Virus record (IMG/VR): IMGVR_UViG_3300030105_001626
Span: 1 to 64,000 of that record
Reading direction: 5' to 3' (one strand)
Origin: a virus
Length of the DNA stretch: 64,000 nt
Under the pieces are notes generated by a model, which was not told the origin of the DNA, did not search any database, and worked only from the letters and a program-made list of their open reading frames with translations. Shown here in pieces: positions 27,920 to 38,474 of the stretch (position 1 is the first letter of the stretch; each line of letters starts with the position of its first letter). The position numbers and the translations under genes were made by a program.

Positions 27920-29170
27920 TTATTTACTCCAATTTTTGGCAGCATTAAAATTAGATTGACTAAACTCTAATCTATCTACTAATTTAACTGCATTACCTTT
28001 TAAGTGGTCAACTGCAACGAAACCTTCTGGTGCAGTTATTCTATAACCTGAATCTGTTTTAATAAATGTTCTCGCTACTTGGTCTACTGATTGTAGTTTA
28101 TTAATTATCATCAGTTTAGCCTCAGTAACTCCATTTTGTATATCGAATATTCTTTTTAGTTCAACTGCATTATTACGGAAGAATCGCATCACTTCAGATT
28201 TCTTTAACTGGCGATTTCTTTTTGTTTCTGCTCGTTTAGCTTCTAATATCTCAGCATTCATTTGTTTTTCAACATCGAGAATGAGTTGTCTAGTATGTTG
28301 CATTGTATCTCGAATTGTTTGGCCTTCTCTAACTTTTTTATTATTGAATACTTTAATGTATTGTCTTATCACTGAATTGTCTTTAATTCTATTCATTACT
28401 GATGGACTTGCCTGTCTAAACAATTGACCAACATCAGACAATATTCTAGTGATTGCTTTAGTTTCTTGTATTGTAAATGTAGCTGTACCAGATGTATCAG
28501 TAAAGTCTGCATCACGAAACCAAACATCTTTAGTTGTACTTAAATTTTTAATATCTATATTGAAACTTGCTTTCATTTGTTCCATTGTTTGACCTGCATA
28601 TGAGGTATGAAATACAATTCCTACATGAGCAGCTCTCATACTACTGGCTAATTTTGAATCAGCTGGTACTGCATATGTAATAGTATTTGGTGTAAATGTA
28701 ATAAACTTTTCGCCTGAAATTGATTCAGTTCTTATATCACCTTTAGTAAACATCATATCACCTTGTAAGATGCCTTTGATACCAAGTTTTGGTAAATATC
28801 TTAATGATGTTTTTAGTTTCTTATTGAGACCTTCAGCAGGATGATTTTTATCTATATCTGCATTTGTATAATTTAGTTTAGCGTTCTTTGTAAAGACACT
28901 CTTTGTTCCAACAAAAAACTTTTTGTTCTCTGGATTAATACCAACAAATATTGCAGGAGCGCCGTCCCACTTTGTAGTGATATTAACTTTTGACGTAGAG
29001 TTTCCCGCCAACATATCTCTTAATGATTGTAAGAAGTTTATAGCTTCACGAGTACCTGCTACACCATTATCTAACACGATGTCTTCAAGATGTTCAAGAT
29101 GTAAATTCTTACCTGAACTAGCTTCAGTAAGAACTTCTATTTGTTTTATTTTATCATTAAATTTATACAT
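27920..29170 (-). CDS. ligase-fold nucleotidyltransferase-like protein
   Basis: Motif I TKWDGAP, III LQGD, IV PEGFV, V VKLVDR. Confidence 0.7.
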   Translation of the reverse strand: MYKFNDKIKQIEVLTEASSGKNLHLEHLEDIVLDNGVAGTREAINFLQSLRDMLAGNSTSKVNITTKWDGAPAIFVGINPENKKFFVGTKSVFTKNAKLNYTNADIDKNHPAEGLNKKLKTSLRYLPKLGIKGILQGDMMFTKGDIRTESISGEKFITFTPNTITYAVPADSKLASSMRAAHVGIVFHTSYAGQTMEQMKASFNIDIKNLSTTKDVWFRDADFTDTSGTATFTIQETKAITRILSDVGQLFRQASPSVMNRIKDNSVIRQYIKVFNNKKVREGQTIRDTMQHTRQLILDVEKQMNAEILEAKRAETKRNRQLKKSEVMRFFRNNAVELKRIFDIQNGVTEAKLMIINKLQSVDQVARTFIKTDSGYRITAPEGFVAVDHLKGNAVKLVDRLEFSQSNFNAAKNWSK

Positions 29171-29189
29171 TTGTTCTCTTTATGGGTCC

Positions 29190-29218
29190 ATTATAACACA
29201 ATAAGCAAGAAAAGTCAA
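29190..29218 (-). promoter_or_regulatory. sigma70-type promoter, with an additional late-type GATAAATA at 29234-29241
   Basis: TTGACT-N17-TATAAT with extended TG. Confidence 0.75.
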
Positions 29219-29244
29219 GCATTTGTTTGGTTCTATTTATCTCA

Positions 29245-30684
29245 TTAAAATAACTTACCAAAGGGGCCAAATCGAGCGCCTTTTTTCTCTGCAAGATATA
29301 ACATATCAGTTAATAATTCATTTCTTTTAGAATTTGTTAAATTGATAATATAACACACAAAATCTAATTGTTGCAATTTAGATGTAGATACACCATTACT
29401 TTGGTCTGCTGAATTAAATGATTTAGTCATATTATCAATAAACTTATTGTTAGTAATACCTGTATCTATATTATCTTGAAACTTTTGTTTATTAACCATA
29501 ATAAATTTATCTAAATATTTCTTTTCTACATTTTTAAACTCATCAGCTGTTTGTGGGTATAATCGCCAGTTATTTTTAAAATCTTTAATACCATATTCTG
29601 GCAATAATGCTGCTAACATATCTAATGGTACTTTACCTAATCTGGCTGCGCCAGCACCTATCTTTGTTGGTTCAAACTTTAAATTATTAAAACCTTTAGA
29701 GTTTTGTCTTAACTGAAACTTGGCACCTGCTGTGCCTGATTTAATTGTAATTACTGTATCTGTAGTGCTTAATGTACCATCTGGTTTAGAAGTCATTATC
29801 ATTCTAATGCTATCTAATTCAAGTTTATCAGCTTTTGGTATATTAGAAACCATATTTACATCTTCCCACCTAGCAGTTTTACCTGTAACAGCTTTTAATG
29901 ATACACCTACAAGTGTCTTGTTTTTATACATCAACCTCATAGTATCGTTCAATTTACTTATACTAGGATTACTACCTTCAACACTTTCTTCTATTTCATT
30001 TTTAATCATCCAAATATCAGCAGGATTCCATGAATCTTTTTTAGAGATGCCAAATTTTTCTATGATTAGTTTCGTTATGAAGTCCATAAAACCACCATCT
30101 CTATTAATTTCTGTAAAACCAGAACCTGCATATAAAGATTTTATCTTTAAACCTTGTGCATATAAACCTTGTAACCAATTATCATTGATTTGAGGATATA
30201 CTTTTACCAATCTATTAAAGAATGGTTCATCTTTGGCTATTGCTTCAGGTGAGTTGTATGTTTTATTTTCTTGTAAAACTCTTTTCACCATCTCTAGTGA
30301 AGCTCGTTCTTGCATGGCAGTTGTAAATCCGTCTGAGGCATTAACTGAAATTTTACCTGTTTCTAAAAATCTTAATGTACCTACACCAAAGTCAACAACA
30401 GAAGACTTTTTACCACCACTAGTAACGATTTTAGCTTTATCATCGTTTTTTAATAAAGTTCCAATAGCCAAAAAGTTTTTAGTAGATACTTTTACAATAT
30501 GAATTTTTGAAGGTGAAAATTTAGTATCATCAGCAAAAAAAGCACCTTCTTGCATTTTGTCAAAATAAGGTTTACTGCTTTTGAATAAATCAGGGGTGAA
30601 GTGTTTTTTTATTCCAAGTTTTGTGGTTATATTGAAAGCCATACTTCTCCTTTGTATTAGTCTATTTATGCTATAGCATAACAC
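29245..30684 (-). CDS. putative PD-(D/E)xK nuclease-fold protein (start probably MAFNIT)
   Basis: QE...DSWNPADIW...GVSLK pattern; CATAAATA late promoter at 30663-30670. Confidence 0.6.
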   Translation of the reverse strand: MLCYSINRLIQRRSMAFNITTKLGIKKHFTPDLFKSSKPYFDKMQEGAFFADDTKFSPSKIHIVKVSTKNFLAIGTLLKNDDKAKIVTSGGKKSSVVDFGVGTLRFLETGKISVNASDGFTTAMQERASLEMVKRVLQENKTYNSPEAIAKDEPFFNRLVKVYPQINDNWLQGLYAQGLKIKSLYAGSGFTEINRDGGFMDFITKLIIEKFGISKKDSWNPADIWMIKNEIEESVEGSNPSISKLNDTMRLMYKNKTLVGVSLKAVTGKTARWEDVNMVSNIPKADKLELDSIRMIMTSKPDGTLSTTDTVITIKSGTAGAKFQLRQNSKGFNNLKFEPTKIGAGAARLGKVPLDMLAALLPEYGIKDFKNNWRLYPQTADEFKNVEKKYLDKFIMVNKQKFQDNIDTGITNNKFIDNMTKSFNSADQSNGVSTSKLQQLDFVCYIINLTNSKRNELLTDMLYLAEKKGARFGPFGKLF

Positions 30685-30686
30685 AC

Positions 30687-31805
30687 TTATCGGATGATGT
30701 CAATCTCTTTTTCGCCTGTCCACACTTCTATATCATTTCTTAATCTATTATCTTTCTTTAGATTCTCATATCGATTACTAGCTTTCTTCTTCCACCATTC
30801 AATGATATTTTCTAGATTATGTTTTTCATAATTTTCTTTATCTTTGATTATCTTATCAGTTTTGCCTGTAACGATATCTATGAAGTTCTTGATACCATAA
30901 TTTGAGACATAGTATCTTTTCTTTTCAGTTAGATTCAATGCGTTCTTAATAGTATTCTCGAAGCCTTCATATTCTGGTGTGCCTTTAAGTGCAACTTTCG
31001 TTAATGACATTATCTTATTTGATATCTTCAATTTACGAGATGTAGCATCAGCTGGCACCAAAGGTTCGCCAATGGCAGCTTCAACATATTTCTTTAAATC
31101 TTCATATATTGGTCCATGCATCATGGGAAGAAAAGCAGAATCAGTCAAACCTTTGAATCTTATTAATGGTTTCATACCATCATACTGTGAGGACGCCTTG
31201 GAACTGCCATACAAACTTGTTGTTTCAAACATACAGGTGTTCATTTTATATTTGGCGTTAAGCCTTTCACGAACCCAATGCGAACAACATATAGCGGCCA
31301 ATAATTTGCCACCAAGATAATTAAAACCGAATGGTTGCGATGGCACAATCACAAAACCCATCATAGTGGTTTTATTAAATGCTGAAGCTCCTTCTGCAGT
31401 TTGCGAGAAGACCGACTCCAACATCTGGTTTCTTGGTTTCATATTAATTACTGGAGAACCAAGGCGTATAAACCCGACCCATTTCTGAGTATTTTTTTCT
31501 AATACAGCCAACCTTAAACATCTACCAGGAATACTGGTCATATTAGAGTGAGACGAAATCATATTGAGATAGATGTCCCATTTGTCTTGTGGTAATTCCA
31601 CAATTTCTAAATCCATATCTCTTGGATGAATACTAAAATCTGTAAATAAATCTTCTTCTGGTCCCATGCCTGGTAAAACAAAAGGCCTATCAGCCAAAGA
31701 GTTTAGTTTCTGGTCACGAATGTAGTCATCAATTCTTTCAAATCGGTCAAAGTAATCTGAATAAACTTTTGCACAATGAACTGCCTGTTCTTTGGTTAAT
31801 CTCAT
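30687..31805 (-). CDS. DUF4338/DruA-like protein (paralog 1)
   Basis: PGR.LRL.V......WVGFI.LGSP, IVPSQPFGFNYLGGKLLA, ETTSLYG, SQYDG motifs. Confidence 0.75.
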   Translation of the reverse strand: MRLTKEQAVHCAKVYSDYFDRFERIDDYIRDQKLNSLADRPFVLPGMGPEEDLFTDFSIHPRDMDLEIVELPQDKWDIYLNMISSHSNMTSIPGRCLRLAVLEKNTQKWVGFIRLGSPVINMKPRNQMLESVFSQTAEGASAFNKTTMMGFVIVPSQPFGFNYLGGKLLAAICCSHWVRERLNAKYKMNTCMFETTSLYGSSKASSQYDGMKPLIRFKGLTDSAFLPMMHGPIYEDLKKYVEAAIGEPLVPADATSRKLKISNKIMSLTKVALKGTPEYEGFENTIKNALNLTEKKRYYVSNYGIKNFIDIVTGKTDKIIKDKENYEKHNLENIIEWWKKKASNRYENLKKDNRLRNDIEVWTGEKEIDIIR

Positions 31806-33199
31806 ATTTTAAAATCACCATATCCATTTTTACTACTCTCACGACTGCCAAATGTATTTACTGGTTTATCTGCCTGTGTACCAGTATCTAATAGTTCAAG
31901 TTGTGCTGATGGTTCTGCATCATACAATCTCATTTTAGCTCTATCAATACCTACAACGAATCTTTTATAATAAGAAGGGTCATTGTATCTATTCTTTAAT
32001 TGTTTAACCATGATTTGACCAAGGCCTTCAAGTTCTTCATTATTAATTAAAGCAAACATAAAGTCAGCAGTTGCTGGCAAGCCAAATGATTCTGAAGTAT
32101 CTTCTAGACCAGGGTCTGAACTAGTAAAGCCACCTCTTGTGGTTTGTGTAGCAGACATTATTGGAACATTTGCTTCTACAGCCAAACCTCTTAGTTCTTC
32201 TGCAATCGATTTAATATATGAATAACTATTTACATTAGAACCTGGTCTTATACGAGCAGATGTACATATATTTAAATAATCAATAAAGATAATTTCTGGT
32301 TTGAAACTCTTCTTTAAAGCAAGTTCATTGATAAGAGCTCTGAAGTGTAATGCAGAAGCAGCCGCAGTAGGATATTCTTTGATGATTAATTTACCATGAG
32401 TTTTACTTTTTAAGTTCTCAAATTTAACATTAAAATCTTTCTTACTTAATGTATGTAAATCGGTCATTGTAACATCTAATAAGTTAGCATCAATTCTTTC
32501 TGCAATCTTTTCTTCTGACATTTCTAAAGTAATGTATAAAACATTTTGGCCTTGAGATAAACAATTTGCAGCCATGTGACACATGAATAATGATTTACCA
32601 ACACCAGTACCAGCAAGAGCAATGTTTAGAGTCTTGACTGGAAGACCGCCTTTAGTAATCTTATTGAATAGGTCTAAATCAAACTTAACTTTGTTTTCTA
32701 CTTTATGCATCATCTCAAATCTGGCATCTTGGTCTTCAGTGTAATCGTGACCAACATGGCTATCAAAAGATACACCAAGGGCATCTGATAGTAGTTTTGG
32801 TATTTCACCTTTTGGTTTTTTGTGTTCTTTGTCATCAAGTATTTGAACTGAATCCATAATAGCATTATAGATTGCTTTGTCTTGACAGAACTTTTCGGTC
32901 TCATTAATTAACCATGCTGTATCAGTTGGTTCATTCTTAGTGAGATGAATTTGTTTTAGAAGTTCAATAGATTCAGAAACTTGAGTTTCATTCAAGTCCT
33001 TCTTCTCTGTAAAATTAATTACAAGAGCTTCATGTGTTGGTGGGTTTTTGTACTGTTGAATAAAATCAAAGACTTCTTTGAAGACTATCTTTTCAGAATT
33101 GTCAGCAAAGTATTCAGGTCTTATGAATGGTAAAACTTTTCTTGCATATTCATCATTGTATATTAGGTTCTTCAGTATTGTCGATTCTAGTCTGTTCAT
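31802..33199 (-). CDS. 41: replicative DNA helicase gp41 (DnaB-like)
   Basis: LAGTGVGKS, ITLEM, FIDYLN, SIAEELRGLA, KQLKNRY motifs. Confidence 0.97.
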   Translation of the reverse strand: MNRLESTILKNLIYNDEYARKVLPFIRPEYFADNSEKIVFKEVFDFIQQYKNPPTHEALVINFTEKKDLNETQVSESIELLKQIHLTKNEPTDTAWLINETEKFCQDKAIYNAIMDSVQILDDKEHKKPKGEIPKLLSDALGVSFDSHVGHDYTEDQDARFEMMHKVENKVKFDLDLFNKITKGGLPVKTLNIALAGTGVGKSLFMCHMAANCLSQGQNVLYITLEMSEEKIAERIDANLLDVTMTDLHTLSKKDFNVKFENLKSKTHGKLIIKEYPTAAASALHFRALINELALKKSFKPEIIFIDYLNICTSARIRPGSNVNSYSYIKSIAEELRGLAVEANVPIMSATQTTRGGFTSSDPGLEDTSESFGLPATADFMFALINNEELEGLGQIMVKQLKNRYNDPSYYKRFVVGIDRAKMRLYDAEPSAQLELLDTGTQADKPVNTFGSRESSKNGYGDFKI

Positions 33200-33575
33200 G
33201 TTTTTGTTGTGCCATTATAATGTCGGATAGAATTTCACCCATAATTTCTTCAAATTCTCCGTCTTTCTGTAGTTCATCTATATCATGTGTGCCTGGGGAT
33301 AATATAGTGAAACCAAATTGTAGTCGGGCGCCTTCGCCTTCTTCAACTACCCTCGCTTTATGATAATGATATAGAACACCTTCATATTCTGGTATCATTA
33401 AACCAATTGCTGTCACTGGTGCATCTTCAAAAGTTGCACCATCTGGATTGACATATTGCCAATCCAAATCTTTTTTATACTTTGTCTGTTTCTGTTTTTT
33501 TGGATTCATTGTTGTCCAAAACATCTGAAGATAATAAGCTACTCTCTCCCAAAATGTTAGAATAGGCAATTTCAT
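33153..33575 (-). CDS. hypothetical protein (gp40 position; start uncertain)
   Basis: Lies between uvsX and gene 41; YEGVLYHY...FEEIMGEIL pattern. Confidence 0.55.
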   Translation of the reverse strand: MKLPILTFWERVAYYLQMFWTTMNPKKQKQTKYKKDLDWQYVNPDGATFEDAPVTAIGLMIPEYEGVLYHYHKARVVEEGEGARLQFGFTILSPGTHDIDELQKDGEFEEIMGEILSDIIMAQQKHEQTRIDNTEEPNIQ

Positions 33576-34569
33576 ATTTTTTACTCACATAATCAGTGAA
33601 CTCTGGATTACTTAAAATAGATTTCATAAACTCTTCTGTTTGAGTGTCAGCTAATCTTACTTTATCTTCAATTTCACCAGTTGTTCGGTCAATTTTAGCA
33701 TACCATCCTGGACTTGGTTTAGAAACAAACCCACCTTCTATTGCTAGAGGAATTAAACCAGAATATTTCTGTATACCACCTTCCCATGATACTGTTATAG
33801 GAATCTTACTCTTCTCTTTTACATATCTAGATTTTTCTACATTAATAATAAAGTTATATCCTGTAACTTCTTTTCCCTCTTTTTCTTGTTGACGACCAAC
33901 AATGTATATACTATCAGCTGAGTAATAAGAACCTGTACCACCACCAACAATATCTTTAGGGAACATACCAATTTCTTTGTAAGTATGATTAACTACAACC
34001 ATTGGAATATCTTTAAGATTCAAATGCGGAGTAATCATTCTGAATAGAGACTTAACTTGTTTAGCACGAGACATATCTGCCACTGATTTGCCATCCATTG
34101 CATCATCAACTTCTTTCTTCGAAGCAAGATTACCAATAGAATCAATTAGAATAATAATTTTATCACCACGTTCAATAGACTCTAGTTGTTTCATAATATC
34201 AAACTTGAGTTCTTCAATGTTAGTTAGAGGAGTATGTAACACTCTTCCCATATCAATATTAAATGTCTCAAAGTATTTCTTTGGCGTACCAAACTCTGAA
34301 TCATAAAATAATAACACTGCATCAGGATATTTGTCTAGATATGATTTTGCCATCAATAAACTAAATGCAGTTTTAAAATGTTTAGATGGACCGGCCCACA
34401 TCGTAAGACCTGGTGTTAATCCGCCATCTATTCTTCCAGATAATGCCACATTAACCATTGGTATTTCAGTGGATATCATATCTTTTGCATTAAAGAATTT
34501 AGAACTAGAAAGAATTGAACTTTCTTTGATGGTTGAATTGCTTTTTATTCTATCAAGTATACTGCTCAT
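33475..34569 (-). CDS. uvsX: RecA-like recombinase UvsX
   Basis: AGPSKHFKT, YDSEFG, DSIGNLASKKE, VVNHTY motifs. Confidence 0.97.
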   Translation of the reverse strand: MSSILDRIKSNSTIKESSILSSSKFFNAKDMISTEIPMVNVALSGRIDGGLTPGLTMWAGPSKHFKTAFSLLMAKSYLDKYPDAVLLFYDSEFGTPKKYFETFNIDMGRVLHTPLTNIEELKFDIMKQLESIERGDKIIILIDSIGNLASKKEVDDAMDGKSVADMSRAKQVKSLFRMITPHLNLKDIPMVVVNHTYKEIGMFPKDIVGGGTGSYYSADSIYIVGRQQEKEGKEVTGYNFIINVEKSRYVKEKSKIPITVSWEGGIQKYSGLIPLAIEGGFVSKPSPGWYAKIDRTTGEIEDKVRLADTQTEEFMKSILSNPEFTDYVSKKYEIAYSNILGESSLLSSDVLDNNESKKTETDKV

Positions 34570-34583
34570 AATTTGTGCCGTCC

Positions 34584-35519
34584 TTACATTTTCATAATTG
34601 ATGATTTAGGAATAAGTTTATTGTTCTTATCAAGGGTGGATGGTACTACATTTTCATGGTCTTTGTCAAGGTTTAATCGGTTCTTTGCCTGTCTATATGA
34701 CATGTTTGATGCTACCAATAATAATACAGCCAAAGGGTCAAAAACAAAAATAATAATAAGTATAACAAGTCTTACCGCCTTATCGATGATGTCTTTATCG
34801 GAATATCCATAAACCAATTCTGCAACATATTTAATAGGACCAATCTCAGCAGATAGTTTATTTTCTTCAGATAAAAGTGGAAGTCTTTCTGTAATTAGAA
34901 CTTCTAGTTCTTTTTGTGTTGATAGTACAAGTGCATTAGTTTTTCTACTAATTTTCTCAGGGTCATCACCTGCTTTTTTAAGCAAGTATTGAAGTTTATT
35001 GTTTAACAGATATTCTCTCTGGTCAAGCATTTGTATTTTAACTTGATTAGAACCTATCATTATATTAGTATCAATGTGAGCCTTTGATAGAAAACCAAAA
35101 ATGCCCATTGAAGTAATTAACATAAGCAATACAATAGCTAACAAGAAATATGTCTTCATGAGTAATGCAGTTTCTTTCCAGTTATTATATAACCAAGATG
35201 CAGTTACTAATTTAGCAACCTCTAATGCACCACCCATAATAACAATTGGCCAAAAAGCACCAGGAAAGATTTGTGCTAAACCAATAATAGAATAATAAGC
35301 AGCTATCGATGATAGGCCTATTGCTGTAAAAAATGGTATTAAATAATTTGTTTTCATTGGCGATTTCTCTGGCAAGCTTTGAAATTCTTCTGGCACGATT
35401 GCGACCATATCTTTTGATACATCAGGTACTGTATTAATATTGCTTAACAGTTCTGGTTGTTTAGAATGAGGTTCTTGAACCTTATCTTTTTGTGGTAGTA
35501 TGTTTTTAAATATGCCCAT
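34584..35519 (-). CDS. membrane coiled-coil protein
   Basis: Several TM helices; GIFGFLSKAH and FVFDPLAV motifs; TATAAATA at 35523-35530. Confidence 0.75.
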   Translation of the reverse strand: MGIFKNILPQKDKVQEPHSKQPELLSNINTVPDVSKDMVAIVPEEFQSLPEKSPMKTNYLIPFFTAIGLSSIAAYYSIIGLAQIFPGAFWPIVIMGGALEVAKLVTASWLYNNWKETALLMKTYFLLAIVLLMLITSMGIFGFLSKAHIDTNIMIGSNQVKIQMLDQREYLLNNKLQYLLKKAGDDPEKISRKTNALVLSTQKELEVLITERLPLLSEENKLSAEIGPIKYVAELVYGYSDKDIIDKAVRLVILIIIFVFDPLAVLLLVASNMSYRQAKNRLNLDKDHENVVPSTLDKNNKLIPKSSIMKM

Positions 35520-35533
35520 GATTATTTATACAC

Positions 35534-38077
35534 TTAACCAAAGAATGATTCTAATGAGTTTGATTTCTCTACTTCCCAACCAATTGAATCTAGAATAATT
35601 CTGAGTGGGTCGACAAATGATTTCTGAAATTGTAATTCATAATCCACATAATCTTCGATATTAAATTCTTTTGGACAACTATTAGTGAATGATATAACAT
35701 CAGTATGAAAGTTGTTTGGTTGTTTGAGATATATGAATTTAATCTTCTCGCCTTCTTGAATTCTTTGATGTCTTTTCTTGAGACCTAGTTTATCGAGTTG
35801 ATGATTATATACTAATGCACCACGAACATGTATAGGTGTTCCTTTACCCCATATAGATTTATTACAACTATATTGTTTGAGACCATTCATTGACCTTGGA
35901 AATGCAATATCTTCTACTGGTAGTTTTTTGAATTCATCTTTGAACGCAGCTATATATTCTTGGACTTGTTCTTGTTCGCCAAGTACTAGAAGTTTTAATG
36001 CAGACTTAATCTTTTCACGACAAGCGCCAGGCGTAGATGATTTAATCGCCTCTAGACCTTGAATCTTCATTTGAGGTTCAGTGTATTGAACGCCTTCTGA
36101 ATTATATACATTTAGAATATATCTTTTCTTTGCAGTCCATATTGCTTTGTCAGCCAAGACTTCTCTTTTCATTACCATCTTTTGTGAATATGAATTAAGA
36201 TAAGTTGCGAGTTCAGTATAACTTTCATCAATAAAAGGTTGAAGCTTTTCTTCGCAGAATTTATCCATGACTTCTATTGCTTTTTGTTTACTATATTCTT
36301 TTTCGCCAAATACTTTATTGATAAGCAATTCAAGATTAAGATATACTGAATCTGTATCTGATGCTAGAACATAATCAAATGCATTTGTCTGTAATACTTT
36401 ATTTAGATATTGATTTAGTTTCTTTTCAATCCATCGAATAGATAATTGACCTGCCATAGTAATGCCTTCTGCTTGTCTCACATCAAAGAATCTAAAGTAT
36501 TGATTACCTAGAGCACCATAAGCTGAGTTCAGACATTCTTTCTTAGTTAGTTGCAAGTTTGCATATCGAGATACGAGAGCTGCATAATTACTTTTTTCTT
36601 CTGGCGTAGTTGCATCTTCAAACTTTTGTTGAGCAGCAAGCATTTTCTTTTTATATACAGTTCTGTCATTATACATCTTCTCAAGAATCTCTGGTAAGAA
36701 ACCTTGTTTAGTTTTCTTGAAGAATTGTCCGTTTGGAGTAAATGCTACATCTGTTACTTTAGTTAAGTCAACTTCTTTAGCAATTAACTTATCAATGTTT
36801 ACACCATCATTAAGAACTTCTCGCATATCTTTTGTATATTTGTCAGGTTCAACAATCGTGTCTGGTGATATATTATATTGCATCATCAAATGTGGATATA
36901 GTGAGTTTAAATCAAACGATGCTACCCAATTGAACATTCCGATTTGAGGGCTTTTTACATAAGCACCTTCATAAGCTGCATTTTTACTTGAGAAACTTTT
37001 AGGCGGAATTGCAATCTTCTTTTGATATAGATAATTATGTACAATTGTGTCCCACATACGAACTTGTGTAAATATCTCATCATAGTTTACTTTTGAATCA
37101 TAAGCAATTGTAATTGCCATTTCTAACAATCGACCTTTCTCATTCAACTTTTCTACAAGTTCTACATCTCGAATATTATACTCAATGAATAGTTGATGAT
37201 TCTTTTTATACAAATCAAACAGACCATCATATTCAGAATAGGCTATCTTTTTACCAACGCCTTCTGATTGAGCAATTGTATCTAATCGATAATTATCTTG
37301 TGAACGACTTGTAGAGAATCTTCTGAACAATCTCATGTAATCTAAAGTTGCAACACCTGATATATTACCAATTTGTATTGCACGACCATAGAATGTTTCA
37401 TCTCGAATTGAAACATATCCCCAAGGAGATAATTGTTTCATTGTGTCTTCGCCTGCTATTTTAGCAAATCTATTAATGATGTAAGGTATATCAAAACCAT
37501 AAACATTCCAACCAGTGATTGCATCAGGATAATTATTAGTCCAGACTTGCATGAACATTTTAATTAAATGATACTCATCTTCACATTGAAACCATTCAAC
37601 ATCTTCTCTATGCTTTTTGTAATCACCGATACCAAACACATAATACTTATCTTTGTTTGAGAATTTTACAGTGATTGCAGTGATAGGTTCAGCTGCTGCT
37701 CTTGGTTCAGGAAATCCATTCTCAGAACCAACTTCGATATCAATATTAGCAATGCATAGGTCTTTATAGTCCCATGCAATTACTTCTTCTGGATTGTTTT
37801 CTGCGATAAATGGATATTCGAATCTATCATTACCATAGACTTTGAAGTTACTGACATCTTTATATTTCTTAAGAAAGTCTTTAGCTTCTCGAATTGAATT
37901 GAACTTCATAGGGTCGAGTGACTCACCATGAAATGTTTTCCATTCAGTTTGTTTATTTGAAGGAACAAATAATGTTGGAGAGTATGTTATTTTTTCACGA
38001 TGTCTTACACCGTTTTTAACACCTCGATAATATATATTGTTTCCTACGACTCTTACATCAGTATAATATTTTGACAT
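35534..38077 (-). CDS. 43: family B DNA polymerase gp43
   Basis: DIEV exonuclease motif, FDLNSLYP, LNSAYGALGN, SDTDS; uninterrupted. Confidence 0.98.
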   Translation of the reverse strand: MSKYYTDVRVVGNNIYYRGVKNGVRHREKITYSPTLFVPSNKQTEWKTFHGESLDPMKFNSIREAKDFLKKYKDVSNFKVYGNDRFEYPFIAENNPEEVIAWDYKDLCIANIDIEVGSENGFPEPRAAAEPITAITVKFSNKDKYYVFGIGDYKKHREDVEWFQCEDEYHLIKMFMQVWTNNYPDAITGWNVYGFDIPYIINRFAKIAGEDTMKQLSPWGYVSIRDETFYGRAIQIGNISGVATLDYMRLFRRFSTSRSQDNYRLDTIAQSEGVGKKIAYSEYDGLFDLYKKNHQLFIEYNIRDVELVEKLNEKGRLLEMAITIAYDSKVNYDEIFTQVRMWDTIVHNYLYQKKIAIPPKSFSSKNAAYEGAYVKSPQIGMFNWVASFDLNSLYPHLMMQYNISPDTIVEPDKYTKDMREVLNDGVNIDKLIAKEVDLTKVTDVAFTPNGQFFKKTKQGFLPEILEKMYNDRTVYKKKMLAAQQKFEDATTPEEKSNYAALVSRYANLQLTKKECLNSAYGALGNQYFRFFDVRQAEGITMAGQLSIRWIEKKLNQYLNKVLQTNAFDYVLASDTDSVYLNLELLINKVFGEKEYSKQKAIEVMDKFCEEKLQPFIDESYTELATYLNSYSQKMVMKREVLADKAIWTAKKRYILNVYNSEGVQYTEPQMKIQGLEAIKSSTPGACREKIKSALKLLVLGEQEQVQEYIAAFKDEFKKLPVEDIAFPRSMNGLKQYSCNKSIWGKGTPIHVRGALVYNHQLDKLGLKKRHQRIQEGEKIKFIYLKQPNNFHTDVISFTNSCPKEFNIEDYVDYELQFQKSFVDPLRIILDSIGWEVEKSNSLESFFG

Positions 38078-38083
38078 GTACCT

Positions 38084-38115
38084 ATTATACTACTTTTTAT
38101 CACGAATAGAGGCAA
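38084..38115 (-). promoter_or_regulatory. putative activator-dependent (middle-type) promoter of gp43
   Basis: TTGCCT-N20-TATAAT; ATG 6 nt after the -10 box. Confidence 0.55.
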
Positions 38116-38410
38116 GGTCCGTAACTGATGCTTGTTGTATGCCTGAACCAAATACAGTGTTGTATTGATTTAGAACTTCTTTAACAGGCGATGTTAAACA
38201 TAGAACTGACTCTACAGGAATATCTATTCCGGTTGCAAATTCAGCTGAGAACTCCAAGAATGGAGCAAATCCCACACTAGAAGAACCGTCTTTTTGCATT
38301 TCTGAGTACAGTTGTACTGGTTTTTTGATTTGATATTTATCACCTTTCTCTTCAATCTGAGCTATGATTGTTTGATTCGTTTTAAATGTCAATATTTTTA
38401 TATCTGCCAT
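38090..38410 (-). CDS. conserved T4-like protein, Sm-like fold candidate
   Basis: IK.L.FK...IIA, GFAPF, YN..FGSGI pattern; sits upstream of gp43. Confidence 0.7.
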   Translation of the reverse strand: MADIKILTFKTNQTIIAQIEEKGDKYQIKKPVQLYSEMQKDGSSSVGFAPFLEFSAEFATGIDIPVESVLCLTSPVKEVLNQYNTVFGSGIQQASVTDLASIRDKK

Positions 38411-38438
38411 GATGTATTTCTCCGCTAATTAAGTGTCT

Positions 38439-38471
38439 ATTATACTATAAATGATGTGTAAATTGAGGCAA
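38439..38471 (-). promoter_or_regulatory. putative activator-dependent (middle-type) promoter
   Basis: TTGCCT-N21-TATAAT. Confidence 0.5.
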
Positions 38472-38474
38472 TTA

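Noticed and set aside
5867-38077. Introns or inteins in nrdA, nrdB, gp41, uvsX or gp43
   Set aside because: All are continuous, of normal length and lack intein or intron motifs
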